A stretch of 64,000 bases of DNA from Phormidium sp. (GCA_051013385.1 CP143273.1:1568001-1632000); one strand, 5' to 3'; counted from the stretch's first letter, positions 38,277-48,675 are shown. Notes: a model not told the origin generated them from the sequence alone. Numbers and translations are program-made.

Positions 38277-40598
38277 ATGAGAATTTTGTTGATTGAAGAT
38301 GACGAAATGCTAACAAATGTGCTTTTAGATTCTCTCACCAGTCAGCACTATTTGGTAGATGCGATCGCAGATGGAGAATTAGGTTGGGAATATGTCCAAA
38401 GTACGCCTTACGATCTAATTTTAATGGATGTGGGATTGCCGAAATTAGATGGTATTAGTTTATGTAGTAAATTGCGTCTTTCTGGTTGCAGCACTCCGAT
38501 TTTATTAATGACTGCTAAGGATGCTAATAGCGATCGGATTCGCGGATTAGACGCAGGTGCAGACGACTACTTAATTAAACCATTAGATTTAGCCGAACTT
38601 CATGCTAGAGTGAGAGCCTTATTGCGGCGAGGAGAAGTTCCCCACACACCAGTTTTACAAGTAGGAGAACTCAAGTTAGATCCTAGTAGTTGCCAGGTAA
38701 CTTTTCAAGAAAAAGTTTTAGCATTAACCCCAAAAGAATACAACCTTTTAGAGTTATTTTTAAGAAATCCCTCACGAGTATTCAGTCGCGCCAATATTGT
38801 CGAACATCTTTGGTCATTCGACGATCCACCACTAGAAGAAAGCGTTAAAGCACATATTAAAGGATTGCGCCAAAAAATGCGAAATGCAGGCGCAGGAAAT
38901 TGGATTGAAAACGTTTATGGTTTAGGATATCGCCTCAACCCAGAACAGGCAAACAGTGAAAATGCCAAATCTAAAACTGCCGATTCAAAAATAAATACTT
39001 CCCCATCGGTAGAAGAACAATTTAATCAAGCGATGGAGGTAATGTGGCAAAAATATCAGGGTTTAATGGCAGAACGCTTAGAGGTTTTACAAACAGCAGC
39101 AACAGCTATTAAAACCGGACAAATAGCTGATGATTTGCGCCTTGCAGCAAGCAAAGAAGCGCATAAATTAGCTGGCGTTTTGGGAATGTTTGAATGGGAA
39201 TCTGGAACTAAAATTGCTAAAGAAATAGAACAAATTTTGGAGTCCGATCGGTTACTTCTCGAAACCAAAGTTTTGTCACTGATTGAAGATTTAGGTAATG
39301 GGATTAAAGACAGGGGACAAGGACAAAGCAAAGCAGAAAGTTCGCAACTAAAACCTGCTGCTTTTCAGAAAAGTCCCTCAACGGATACGCGATTATTATT
39401 AATCGATCCTAACCCGAAACTTGGTGAAAGTTTGCAAGAACTAACGCAATCAACCGGGGAAAATTGGTCACAAGTAAAAAGTTTAGAAGCAGCTAAAGAT
39501 TGGTTACAAAAAAAATCTCCTGACTTAGTAGTGTTGAGTATTGATGAGGTAGGAAAACGGAAGAAAAGCTTGGAGTTATTAACAGATTTAGCGCAACGCA
39601 CGCCAGTAGTTCCTGTAATTGTCCTCGCTGCTGGAGATTGTTTGGTAGACAGAATCACAGTGGCGCGTTCTGGAGGCAAAGGATTTTTAACAAAACCTGT
39701 AACAGCTACTCAAATTTGGGATTTAGCTTCGCAAATTTTACAGCAAAGTCGTCGCCAAACTGTTAATTTATTAGTAGTAGATGATGACCCAATGTTTCTG
39801 GCAACTTTACCGCCAATGTTGTCACCTTGGGGAATGCGAATCACGGGTTTAGACGATCCTCTAAAATTTTGGGAAGTGTTAAAAGATGTCGCTCCAAATT
39901 TACTAATTTTAGATGTAGAAATGCCTCACATTAGTGGGATTGAGCTTTGTCAGGCGGTGCGTAGCGATCCGAATTGGCAAGAGTTACCAATTTTGTTTTT
40001 GACTGCTCATCGAGATGTAAATATTATTCAACAAGTGTTTGCTGCTGGTGCAGATGATTATTTGGTTAAACCTGTAGTGGCGGTGGAATTATTAACCAGA
40101 ATTACTAATCGTTTAGAACGTAATCGTTTACTGCAAACTCTTTCGACTAAAGATCCGCAAACTGGGGTTTTAAATCAGATCAAATCTAGTGGAGATTTGT
40201 CAAGTTTGCTCAAGCAAGCAGAGGTAAATAAATATGCCGTTTGTTTGGCAATTTTTACTGTTTCCCAACTGCGTCAAATTAATATCCAGTATGGACATAA
40301 TGTGGGAAATCAGGTGTTACAAAGATGGGGGCAATTATTTCAATCTACTTTTCGCGGTGATGAGGTTTTAGGTTATTGGGGAAATGGGGAATTTGTGGTG
40401 GGAATGCCTGGTTTAAGTAAGTCGGAAGTTGGCGATCGCCTAACTGATATTTTAACTACTCTGCGACAACAAGTGTTCACTGCACCGGATGGTAGTCGTT
40501 TTCAAGTAAGTTGTAATTTCGCAATTGTAGAATATCCGACTGAGGGAATGACGCTACAATCCCTTTATCAAGTTGCCAGTAGGGACAGGGCATCATAA
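38277..40598 (+). CDS. Multidomain response regulator (REC-wHTH-Hpt-REC-REC-degenerate GGDEF; RcaC-like)
   Basis: OmpR-type N-terminus, AHKLAG Hpt motif, two further receivers, WGNGEF. Confidence 0.9.
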   Translation: MRILLIEDDEMLTNVLLDSLTSQHYLVDAIADGELGWEYVQSTPYDLILMDVGLPKLDGISLCSKLRLSGCSTPILLMTAKDANSDRIRGLDAGADDYLIKPLDLAELHARVRALLRRGEVPHTPVLQVGELKLDPSSCQVTFQEKVLALTPKEYNLLELFLRNPSRVFSRANIVEHLWSFDDPPLEESVKAHIKGLRQKMRNAGAGNWIENVYGLGYRLNPEQANSENAKSKTADSKINTSPSVEEQFNQAMEVMWQKYQGLMAERLEVLQTAATAIKTGQIADDLRLAASKEAHKLAGVLGMFEWESGTKIAKEIEQILESDRLLLETKVLSLIEDLGNGIKDRGQGQSKAESSQLKPAAFQKSPSTDTRLLLIDPNPKLGESLQELTQSTGENWSQVKSLEAAKDWLQKKSPDLVVLSIDEVGKRKKSLELLTDLAQRTPVVPVIVLAAGDCLVDRITVARSGGKGFLTKPVTATQIWDLASQILQQSRRQTVNLLVVDDDPMFLATLPPMLSPWGMRITGLDDPLKFWEVLKDVAPNLLILDVEMPHISGIELCQAVRSDPNWQELPILFLTAHRDVNIIQQVFAAGADDYLVKPVVAVELLTRITNRLERNRLLQTLSTKDPQTGVLNQIKSSGDLSSLLKQAEVNKYAVCLAIFTVSQLRQINIQYGHNVGNQVLQRWGQLFQSTFRGDEVLGYWGNGEFVVGMPGLSKSEVGDRLTDILTTLRQQVFTAPDGSRFQVSCNFAIVEYPTEGMTLQSLYQVASRDRAS

Positions 40599-40742
40599 AT
40601 ATCTTGGTGTAAAGTAAAATTTTAATCATGCCGTGTCCCTACCTTTATATGGGGATAAAGTGTAATTATTTGAGATTTGCCATTTTAAAATCTAAAGTCT
40701 AAGATCTAATATCGATTGACTTTTTAATAGGGAACCTAAATT

Positions 40743-43700
40743 ATGGGCAACAGAAAGTCAAAGTCGGGAAATCAACTGCAAGCAACTATTAGTAAAATGG
40801 AAGTGGCGCTAAATGCGATCGCAGATGCAGTTGTTTTTTTAGACCAAAATCACCAAATAGAATGGTGTAATTCTGCTTTTACTCGCCTCATCAAAGCAAG
40901 TGCTTCAATTGTTGGTAGTAATTTCTGCGAATTATTACCTTTACAACAAGCGGAAAACCCCCTAACTTCTGATGCTTATCCAGATAGAAAAATTATCAAT
41001 GGGGAATATGAAACCACAGTATATGAATTCATCCAAAATGATAATAAATTAAATTTAAAAATCTCCGGTAATTTAGTAGAAGTAAGCAATAATATTCCGG
41101 CGGTTATTTTAGTAATTGAAGATGTCACTCCCCAAACTCAGTCAACCAATCAGTCACAAGAACAGCAAGAATATTTATCTTTATTACAAGCGACTTTAGA
41201 ATCAACTGCTGATGGAATTTTAGTAGTAAATCGTTCCCGCAATGCCCCAATTTATAATCAGAAATTTTTACAAATGTGGGGAATGCCAGAAGAGTTATTA
41301 CTACCGGGAAGAGAAGATGAAAGATTGCAATTTTTAGCGCAACAAACCAAAGATCCCGAAGATTTTATTGCGAAGATTTGGGATTTATTTATTAATCATC
41401 CAGAAGCAGTAGCTTTAGATTTTGTCGAGTTTAAAGACGATCGAATTTTTGAACGTTATTCTCAACCGCAATGGAAAGATCAGGAAATTATTGGTCGAGT
41501 TTGGAGTTTTCGCGACATTACAGAACAGAAGAAAACTGAAGAAAGATTAAGGTTTAGTCAGTTTGCTTTAGATCAAATTTCTGATAATGTTGGTTGTTGC
41601 GATGAAGAGGGAAGGATTTATTATGTTAATCAAGCTTCTTGTCGGTTATTGGGATTTCCTAGAGAAGAATTACTGGGATTAACAGTTCATGATATCGATC
41701 CTAACTATCCTAAAGAAATTTGGCCCGAACATTGGCAAGAACTTAAAGAGAAAGGAAGTCTAACTTTTGAATCTATTATCCGTTCCAAGACGGGAGATTT
41801 AATTCCAATAGAAGTCTCTGCTTATTATTTAGAATTTGATGGCAAAGGATTAGATTTCAGCTTTTCTAAAAATATCACCGAACGTAAACAAGCAGAAGCA
41901 GCATTGCGCCGCAGTGAATTAAGATTTCGGCGGTTGTTTGAAAACTCTCAAGTAGGAATTCTTTTAACCAGAATTGAAGATGGATTAATTTTAGATGCTA
42001 ATCAAAAGTTTATTGAACTAACAGGATATGATTCTCCCGATCAGGTAATTAAAAAGAAATATACTAGGGATTTTTATATTCATGAAGGCGATCGCCAATT
42101 CGCTGTCAATCAAGTATTACAAAACGGTCAATTACACAACTATGAAGTTCAATTTCGCCGTCGCGATGGTACAATACTTTGGTTATTATGTTCTGTCCGG
42201 TTAAATGTAGAAGAAAATTGTTTAGAAGGTGTAGTAACGGATATTACCGATCGCAAACAATCAGAAGAAGCATTGCGACGTAGCGAACTAAAATATCGCC
42301 ATATTTTTGAGAATTCATTAGTAGGAATTGGACGTTCTCGGTTATCAGATGGATTGTTTTTGGATGCTAATCAACCCTGTGCGGAAATTATCGGTTATAA
42401 ATCTGCAAAAGAATTAATTGGTAAACGTCGTGCTGGGGAATTTCATGTTAATTCCAATGACCGTACTTGGATGATATCCCAAATGGAACAAAATGGCGAA
42501 CTTCGCAATTTTGAAATTCAATTATATCGCCAAGATGGAGGAACTAGTTGGGGCTTATTTTCGGCGCGAATTAATGCCGAGGAATCTTGCTTAGAATTTA
42601 TGATTGTGGATATTAGCGATCGCAAACGATTAGAAGAAGAAGTTAAACAATCTCAACAATTTTTAGATACCATTATTAATAACATTCCTTTAGGGCTATT
42701 TGCCAAAGATAATAATAATGATTTTCGCTACGTATTAATTAACAAAAATGCCGAAAAGATTTTAGGCTTTACCAAAGAACAAGGACTTGGTTTTAACGAT
42801 CATGAATTAATTCCCCAAAAATCAGCAGACTTTTTCCGGCAACAGGATTTAACAGTAGTAGAACAAGGTACATTATTAGAAGATCCAGAAATGGAAATTA
42901 CTACTGCTAATCAGGAGAAAATTTTAAGCCGAATTTTAAAATTCCCGCTGTTTGATAGTCAAAACCGGATTACTCACTTATTATGTATTTCCGAAGATAT
43001 TACCGATCGCAAACATAGAGAACAAGCTTTACGATTAATTGTTGAAGGAACAGCGGCAAAAACAGGCGACGAATTCTTTAATTCCTGTGTGCGTTATCTC
43101 GCTTCTGTATTAAGAGTTCGTTACTCTTTAGTAACACAATTTACGAATGAAACTAAAACTAAAGTTCGTACTTTAGCAATTTGGGCAGAAAACAGATTAA
43201 AAGAAAACTTTGAATATAACTGGCGGGGAACGCCTTGTGAAAGTATTTTATTAGGACAAACTTGCTACTATCCACAAAATATTCAAAAATTGTTTCCTAA
43301 CGATCGAGATTTAGCTACTATTGCTGCAGAAAGTTACTTAGGAATTCCCTTAACTAATTCATCAGGTGAAATCTTGGGTCATTTAGCAGTAATGGATGTT
43401 AAACCAATGGAAAATGACCCTGGAAGAGAGCTAATTTTACGAATTTTTGCCGCCCGTGCTGGTGCAGAATTAGAGCGCAAACAAGCAGAAGAAGCAATAG
43501 AAAGTCGGGCGAAAAGAGAAAGTTTAGTTAGTTGTATTTCTCGTCAGTTTATCGACCAAGATGTGAACACAGCACTTAATTTTACATTAAAAGCGATCGC
43601 CAAATTCCTAGAAGTAGAACGTAGTTGCATCTTTGAATTATCAGAAAATCAAAAACAAATTTTCCTAATCGGTGAATGGTATGCAGAGGGAATTCAACCA

Positions 43701-45467
43701 TTAGCTAGTTATCTCAGATCGTCAAATCCGAATACTTTGCCTTGGTTTTCTAGCAAAATTTTTCATGGTCAAGTAATTCAAATTTCCTCAATTTCCGACC
43801 TTCCTCCCGAAGCAACAGCAGAAAAAGCAATGTTGCAAACTCAATTAATTCAATCTTTAATAGTTGCCCCCTTAGTTCACTCTAGTAAAGTCATCGGATT
43901 TTTAGGTGCAGATGTAGTTAACTATGCCAAAAATTGGAGCGAAGATGATATTAGTTTGCTCAAATTAGTCGGAGAAATTACAGCTATTGGGATCGCTAGA
44001 CATAAAGCCGAAGAAGCCTTAAGAGTCGCTAAAGAAGCCGCTGAAGCTGCTAACAATGCTAAAAGCACTTTTTTAGCAAATATGAGTCATGAACTGCGTA
44101 CCCCGTTAAATGCAATTTTAGGATTTGCTCAATTAATGGAAAGAGATGCCGCTTTAACTGCACGTCAAAAAGCATCTCTCGCCACAATTAACCGCAGTGG
44201 CGAACATTTACTAACCTTAATTAATGATGTGTTAGAAATGTCCAAAATTGAAGCGGGAAGAACTGTTTTAAATTCCCTAGCTTTCGATTTACATCGGTTG
44301 CTACAAACCTTGCAACAAATGTTCCTAGTTCGTGCCGAAGCCAAGCAATTGTCTCTCCAATTTGATATTGCAGAAAATTTACCTCAGTACGTTTTCACCG
44401 ATGAAGGTAAACTCCGACAAGTGCTGCTCAACTTATTAAGTAATGCCGTGAAATTTACCGAAAAAGGAGAAGTAACTCTCCGCGCTTCTGCAAATCTAAC
44501 AAACCAAGAATTATCAACAAAAAACAACCCAGAACAAATTACTGTTTACTTTGAAGTGCAAGACACAGGTAGAGGCATTGCCCCAGAAGAAATAGAAAGT
44601 TTATTTCAACCTTTTGTGCAAACGACTAGTGGAACTCAAGCTAGAGAAGGCACAGGTTTAGGTTTAACTATTAGCCGTCAATTCATTCGTTTAATGGGAG
44701 GTGATATTCAGGTTAATAGTATTTTAGGAGTAGGTTCAATTTTCAGCTTTGACATTAAAATTACTTTAGCCGAACCCTCAGAAGTAGCACCATTATTAAC
44801 TAATAGACGAGTACTTAAAATAGCACCAAATCAACCTAATTATCGAATTTTAGTAGTAGACGATCGCGCCGAGAACCGAGATATAATTGCTCAACTTTTA
44901 GGAAGTATAGGATTTGAAATTCGCACCGCTAACAATGGGCAAGAAGCGATCGCCACTTGGGAAAACTGGCAACCTCACCTAATTTGGATGGATATGCGAA
45001 TGCCGATTATGGATGGTTACGAAGCCACTCGGCAAATTAGAAAAAAAGCCAATATTACCACTACTTTTACTAAAATTATTGCCCTGACTGCAAGCGCCTT
45101 TGAAGAACAAAGAACCACCATTTTAGCCGCAGGTTGCGATGATTTTGTCAGCAAACCTTTCCGGGAACAAGTAATTTTTGATAAACTCACCGAGCACATC
45201 GGAGTTCGCTTCATTTACGCCGAAGAATCAGAAGATCAAACTCCCGAAGAAACTATCAGCGGCAAAGATCTCAAACCCTCAGACTTATCAGTTATGCCAT
45301 CAGAATGGCTAACAGAACTGCACCAAGCATCCCTAGAAGTAGATGCCGAAAAAATCAACCAACTAATTACCCAAATACCCTCATCTCATCAATTATTAAT
45401 CGAAGGATTAACCGACTTAGTGCGTCGTTTTTGCTTTGATGAAATTTACGAATTGACAGAAAATTAA
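40743..45467 (+). CDS. Hybrid sensor histidine kinase (multi-PAS, two GAF, HisKA, HATPase, REC)
   Basis: MSHELRTPLN, NAVKFT, DTGRG, GTGLGL, WMDMRMP. Confidence 0.95.
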   Translation: MGNRKSKSGNQLQATISKMEVALNAIADAVVFLDQNHQIEWCNSAFTRLIKASASIVGSNFCELLPLQQAENPLTSDAYPDRKIINGEYETTVYEFIQNDNKLNLKISGNLVEVSNNIPAVILVIEDVTPQTQSTNQSQEQQEYLSLLQATLESTADGILVVNRSRNAPIYNQKFLQMWGMPEELLLPGREDERLQFLAQQTKDPEDFIAKIWDLFINHPEAVALDFVEFKDDRIFERYSQPQWKDQEIIGRVWSFRDITEQKKTEERLRFSQFALDQISDNVGCCDEEGRIYYVNQASCRLLGFPREELLGLTVHDIDPNYPKEIWPEHWQELKEKGSLTFESIIRSKTGDLIPIEVSAYYLEFDGKGLDFSFSKNITERKQAEAALRRSELRFRRLFENSQVGILLTRIEDGLILDANQKFIELTGYDSPDQVIKKKYTRDFYIHEGDRQFAVNQVLQNGQLHNYEVQFRRRDGTILWLLCSVRLNVEENCLEGVVTDITDRKQSEEALRRSELKYRHIFENSLVGIGRSRLSDGLFLDANQPCAEIIGYKSAKELIGKRRAGEFHVNSNDRTWMISQMEQNGELRNFEIQLYRQDGGTSWGLFSARINAEESCLEFMIVDISDRKRLEEEVKQSQQFLDTIINNIPLGLFAKDNNNDFRYVLINKNAEKILGFTKEQGLGFNDHELIPQKSADFFRQQDLTVVEQGTLLEDPEMEITTANQEKILSRILKFPLFDSQNRITHLLCISEDITDRKHREQALRLIVEGTAAKTGDEFFNSCVRYLASVLRVRYSLVTQFTNETKTKVRTLAIWAENRLKENFEYNWRGTPCESILLGQTCYYPQNIQKLFPNDRDLATIAAESYLGIPLTNSSGEILGHLAVMDVKPMENDPGRELILRIFAARAGAELERKQAEEAIESRAKRESLVSCISRQFIDQDVNTALNFTLKAIAKFLEVERSCIFELSENQKQIFLIGEWYAEGIQPLASYLRSSNPNTLPWFSSKIFHGQVIQISSISDLPPEATAEKAMLQTQLIQSLIVAPLVHSSKVIGFLGADVVNYAKNWSEDDISLLKLVGEITAIGIARHKAEEALRVAKEAAEAANNAKSTFLANMSHELRTPLNAILGFAQLMERDAALTARQKASLATINRSGEHLLTLINDVLEMSKIEAGRTVLNSLAFDLHRLLQTLQQMFLVRAEAKQLSLQFDIAENLPQYVFTDEGKLRQVLLNLLSNAVKFTEKGEVTLRASANLTNQELSTKNNPEQITVYFEVQDTGRGIAPEEIESLFQPFVQTTSGTQAREGTGLGLTISRQFIRLMGGDIQVNSILGVGSIFSFDIKITLAEPSEVAPLLTNRRVLKIAPNQPNYRILVVDDRAENRDIIAQLLGSIGFEIRTANNGQEAIATWENWQPHLIWMDMRMPIMDGYEATRQIRKKANITTTFTKIIALTASAFEEQRTTILAAGCDDFVSKPFREQVIFDKLTEHIGVRFIYAEESEDQTPEETISGKDLKPSDLSVMPSEWLTELHQASLEVDAEKINQLITQIPSSHQLLIEGLTDLVRRFCFDEIYELTEN

Positions 45468-45536
45468 GGAGATTGGTGACTAATTGTTGCGTTTCATACT
45501 TCAAATCAACCCACAGCGAGGAGCGATCGTCCGGCA

Positions 45537-45793
45537 ATGAATGCAACCGAAATCTTGAACTATCTTGCTTTTTCAGACTTTGAGCAAGGGATTGAAATGA
45601 CTCGTGAGTTTGATTCATTGCCAAAGCGTCCTGGAGTTTATGCAGTTCGTCACCGCATTGAAGGCGTTTTGATGTGAGAATTACTTTTTACATACTGGAT
45701 CGTTGGGGGAATCCAGCTTTATTATCGGAAATAGAGGCTGCGCTCCTGAGAGCGACAGAACCGCCCTACAATGCTCAGATCCCGATGGAGTAG
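45537..45793 (+). pseudogene. GIY-YIG nuclease pseudogene with internal deletion and frameshift; not in ORF track
   Basis: Frame A: MNATEIL...LPKRPGVYAVRHRIEGVL(M*); frame B from 45671: DVRITF...NPALLSEIEAALLRATEPPYNAQIPME*; YIG/Arg core missing. Confidence 0.75.
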
Positions 45794-45797
45794 ATGG

Positions 45798-46010
45798 ATG
45801 ATGCAAGAAACGAAGGAGTACGAGCAACTTTCACCCAAGGCTGGACAAATTATTTTAGAGCAGTTACCAGACCGGATCAGAAATGCCATCATTGCGCGTG
45901 CTGTTGAAATTGATTATCCCGTTGAAGCGGTGATTGAAATGGCGATCGCAGGCTATCTCGATCCTCATGCGATCGGCTTTGTCGATTGTAAACCCGATCG
46001 AAAAGCTTAA
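45798..46010 (+). CDS. Small hypothetical protein, putative partner/antitoxin of the GIY-YIG gene
   Basis: MMQETKEY...IDYPVEAVIEMAIAGYLD...; starts 4 bp after the nuclease stop. Confidence 0.65.
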   Translation: MMQETKEYEQLSPKAGQIILEQLPDRIRNAIIARAVEIDYPVEAVIEMAIAGYLDPHAIGFVDCKPDRKA

Positions 46011-46119
46011 AATCGTTTGTTTACCAATAATGCGATCGCTGCGAAGCGTAACGCACCATCATACACTGAGAATTGCTATAATAACTAAAGGAAAGAAAAC
46101 TAAATCAAAGGCAACAACA

Positions 46120-46374
46120 ATGGCTCGACAACTCAAGCGTTGGGAATCTCCCCGAAAAGAGGGAAGAAACGACAAAGGTAGAGGCGGTTCTGCCAGAGCG
46201 AGACAACTGAAGAAGCAACAACAGATGTTACGCAAGAAACTCAAAGAACAGTCCGAAGACCAAAAACCAAATCAAAAGCAAAAATCAAATCAGAAAAACG
46301 CTAAGGGAGGAGAAATTAATCTCCTCCCTTTTTTTTTGGATTTTGTCCCAACTGAATCGGAAAATTCTTATTAA
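46120..46374 (+). CDS. Small Lys/Arg-rich protein (84 aa), candidate ArfA/BrfA-like ribosome rescue factor
   Basis: MARQLKRWESPRKEGRNDKGRGGSARARQLKKQQQMLRKKLK...; terminator inside the CDS; function is inference. Confidence 0.6.
   Translation: MARQLKRWESPRKEGRNDKGRGGSARARQLKKQQQMLRKKLKEQSEDQKPNQKQKSNQKNAKGGEINLLPFFLDFVPTESENSY
46303..46337 (+). terminator. Intrinsic terminator lying inside the 46120-46374 ORF
   Basis: AAGGGAGGAGA-AATTAA-TCTCCTCCCTT stem with a T9 run (46329-46337). Confidence 0.85.
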
Positions 46375-47443
46375 TCCCTTCCCAAATCTTGAGTTTGCCA
46401 TCAAATGCGCCAGTTGCCAGGAAATTGCCATCAGGACTAAAAGCGACAGTTTGTACCCAATCTGTATCAATCATGATCGATCGAATCTGCCGTCCAGTTC
46501 CTAAATCCCAAATTCTTACCCCATCCCTACCCGCACTAGCTACAGTCCTCCCATCAGGATGCACCGCAACCGAATTAACGATATTTTGATGACCAACAAG
46601 TGTAAAAGACCTACGATTTACCAGGTTCCAAACTTTAACTGTATGGTCATAACTGCTACTCACCAAAGTATTACCATCTGGTGAAAAAGCTAAAGAAGTA
46701 ATTGCGCCTCGATGTCCGGGTATAGTACCCAGAAATTGACTAGTTTGAATATTCCACAATTGAATTGTTTTATCCCTACCTCCAGTTGCTAAAATTTGTC
46801 CATTCGGGCTAAGTGCCACAGCGTAAACTATTGGTTGTGATAAAGGTACGCGATTATAAAGTAACCTTTCGGTTTTTAAATCAATTAATTTGATTCCATC
46901 CAATCCACCAGTGACTAAAGTTTGTCCATCGGGAGTAATTGCTAAAGATAGAATATTGTTAAATTCATGAGTTAAACTTCGGCTTAATTTGCCATTCTTT
47001 AAGCTCCAAATATTCAGAGTAGCATCTTCACTACCGCTAGCAATGGTAAGGTTATCGGGAGTAATTGCTAATGCCAAAACTCGGTTACTATGAGCATTAA
47101 TTGTGCGAATTTTATTACCCTTTATCGGATTCCACAAGCGAATTTTGGTATCAATATCAGTTCCGCCACTGGCAAGATATTTGCCATCAGGACTGAAAGT
47201 TAGAGCGTAAATTGGCCCCCAATGAGCTTTAATATTATGTAAAATTCTCACTCTTTGCCAAGGACTTTCTGTGTTTGGCAAAGGAGGAGCGGGAATTTGT
47301 GGAGCAGGAGGGGGAGGCAGTTTTTCGGCAATGGTATTAATATTTGCCCCAGTTTTATCTATAAAAATTGTGTAGCAGCTAAGACTGGCTAAAACTGCAC
47401 ATCCTACTTGCAAGAATTTAGTGGCAATGTTCGGAAGTTTCAT
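46316..47443 (-). CDS. WD40 repeat protein with N-terminal signal/anchor
   Basis: About 7 GH...WD-type repeats. Confidence 0.92.
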   Translation of the reverse strand: MKLPNIATKFLQVGCAVLASLSCYTIFIDKTGANINTIAEKLPPPPAPQIPAPPLPNTESPWQRVRILHNIKAHWGPIYALTFSPDGKYLASGGTDIDTKIRLWNPIKGNKIRTINAHSNRVLALAITPDNLTIASGSEDATLNIWSLKNGKLSRSLTHEFNNILSLAITPDGQTLVTGGLDGIKLIDLKTERLLYNRVPLSQPIVYAVALSPNGQILATGGRDKTIQLWNIQTSQFLGTIPGHRGAITSLAFSPDGNTLVSSSYDHTVKVWNLVNRRSFTLVGHQNIVNSVAVHPDGRTVASAGRDGVRIWDLGTGRQIRSIMIDTDWVQTVAFSPDGNFLATGAFDGKLKIWEGINKNFPIQLGQNPKKKGGD

Positions 47444-47870
47444 CCAAATGTGATTGAATATTAGGACAGATTATCTCATCTACATCATCAGATTTTGGTT
47501 CTTTCCATTCAGAAAGAAGTTCTTTTAATTCCGATCGCAAAGTCTCCAACGCGGCAATTTGTCGATCGATCGCTTCTAGTTTCGATTGAATATGTTGCTT
47601 AACTTCGTGACAGGGTAACTCGCCGCGATCGTGAATTTGCAAAAATTCCTGAATCTCTTTTAAACTCATCCCCAAAGACTGAGCACGTTTAATAAAGTCC
47701 AGTCGCTTGAGTACTTGAGAATCAAACAATCTATATCCCGATGAAGCGCGTGTCACTACTGGCGATAGTAAACCAAGTTCTTCGTAATAACGAATTGTTT
47801 TTACTGGCAATCCAGTAAAAGACGCTACTTCTCCAATCTTGTACAGTTTGCCTAAAACAGTTTTCGTCAT
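47418..47870 (-). CDS. MerR family heavy-metal-responsive regulator
   Basis: IGEVA..TIRYYE HTH, GYRLF, Cys in LPC and ICP. Confidence 0.92.
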   Translation of the reverse strand: MTKTVLGKLYKIGEVASFTGLPVKTIRYYEELGLLSPVVTRASSGYRLFDSQVLKRLDFIKRAQSLGMSLKEIQEFLQIHDRGELPCHEVKQHIQSKLEAIDRQIAALETLRSELKELLSEWKEPKSDDVDEIICPNIQSHLDETSEHCH

Positions 47871-47898
47871 GATTTTAGGTCATTAAATTCAGCGATAC

Positions 47899-47938
47899 TT
47901 GACTTCTCCCCCTGGCTAAAGTAAGCAGGAGAAATTCT
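47899..47938 (-). mobile_element. Possible degenerate IS200/IS605 right-end remnant
   Basis: Minus strand GAATTTCTCC...TTTAG...GGAGAAGTCAA resembles the end at 63829. Confidence 0.35.
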
Positions 47939-47980
47939 CTATTTCCCTGCTTCCTCAACTAGCAACTTTAAATTAACAGC

Positions 47981-48283
47981 TTAAGAGCGTGGCGGACGTT
48001 TTTTGTTTGTCACATTTAAGTTAGGTAACTGAGATTGGGAAGGTGTGGGTGGGAGATAAATTTGGGGTGCTTCGGTGGGAATTTCTGCTGGACGACGCTG
48101 AAACATTAACCAACGTAAGGCGATCGCCAATGCTATCGTACCCATACCAAACGTAAGCAACGATACGCGATCGCCAACTCCACCAATCACAGCATCCACC
48201 GCTCCTATAGTAATCATAAAACTAACAATCGGTTCTCTGCGGTAGGCTGACCTCAAATACCTAACATAAGCAGCATTCATCAT
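47981..48283 (-). CDS. Conserved cyanobacterial-type small membrane protein
   Basis: SAYRREPIVSF..GAVDAVIGG, two TM segments, Pro-rich tail. Confidence 0.75.
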   Translation of the reverse strand: MMNAAYVRYLRSAYRREPIVSFMITIGAVDAVIGGVGDRVSLLTFGMGTIALAIALRWLMFQRRPAEIPTEAPQIYLPPTPSQSQLPNLNVTNKKRPPRS

Positions 48284-48480
48284 AAGTAATCTGTCAACTA
48301 TTTAATCTACTTTTGCTTCAATCTTAGCGTTTTACTCTTCCGCTTCCTATACCTCACTTGCATGAAGTCGGGGAGTAGCAAAAATTTACCTTCTTTACAC
48401 CCCTACTTCATGTTTTATGACATTTGCTTCCTGAAGGCATATTTTTCAGGAAAACTTCCGAAAAAACTACAATTGGGACT

Positions 48481-48675
48481 TTAATACAGCCCTAACCAGG
48501 ATAATAACCCTTGACCCGTAACATACTCAATCAGCAAAGTCAGAGCAAAACCAATCATCGCGGCTCTACCATTTAAGCGTTCTGCATATTCATTAAACCC
48601 AAATTTTGGCTCCTCTAGTTTAGGAGTTGTGGTTGGTTGCGGTTGTGTCACTGTTGGTTCAAAGCCTCTAGCCAT
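48481..48675 (-). CDS. High-light-inducible protein (HLIP/SCP)
   Basis: AERLNGRAAMIGF chlorophyll-binding motif. Confidence 0.95.
   Translation of the reverse strand: MARGFEPTVTQPQPTTTPKLEEPKFGFNEYAERLNGRAAMIGFALTLLIEYVTGQGLLSWLGLY

Noticed and set aside
45934..46119. N-terminal extension of the 146-aa ORF in the track
   Set aside because: Overlaps the upstream gene and a REP remnant; the ATG at 46120 is the plausible start.
47899..47938. MerR-type operator/promoter (TTGACT plus dyad) next to the merR gene
   Set aside because: No -10 at 19-20 bp spacing and no plus-strand target gene; it fits a degenerate IS605 right end at least as well.
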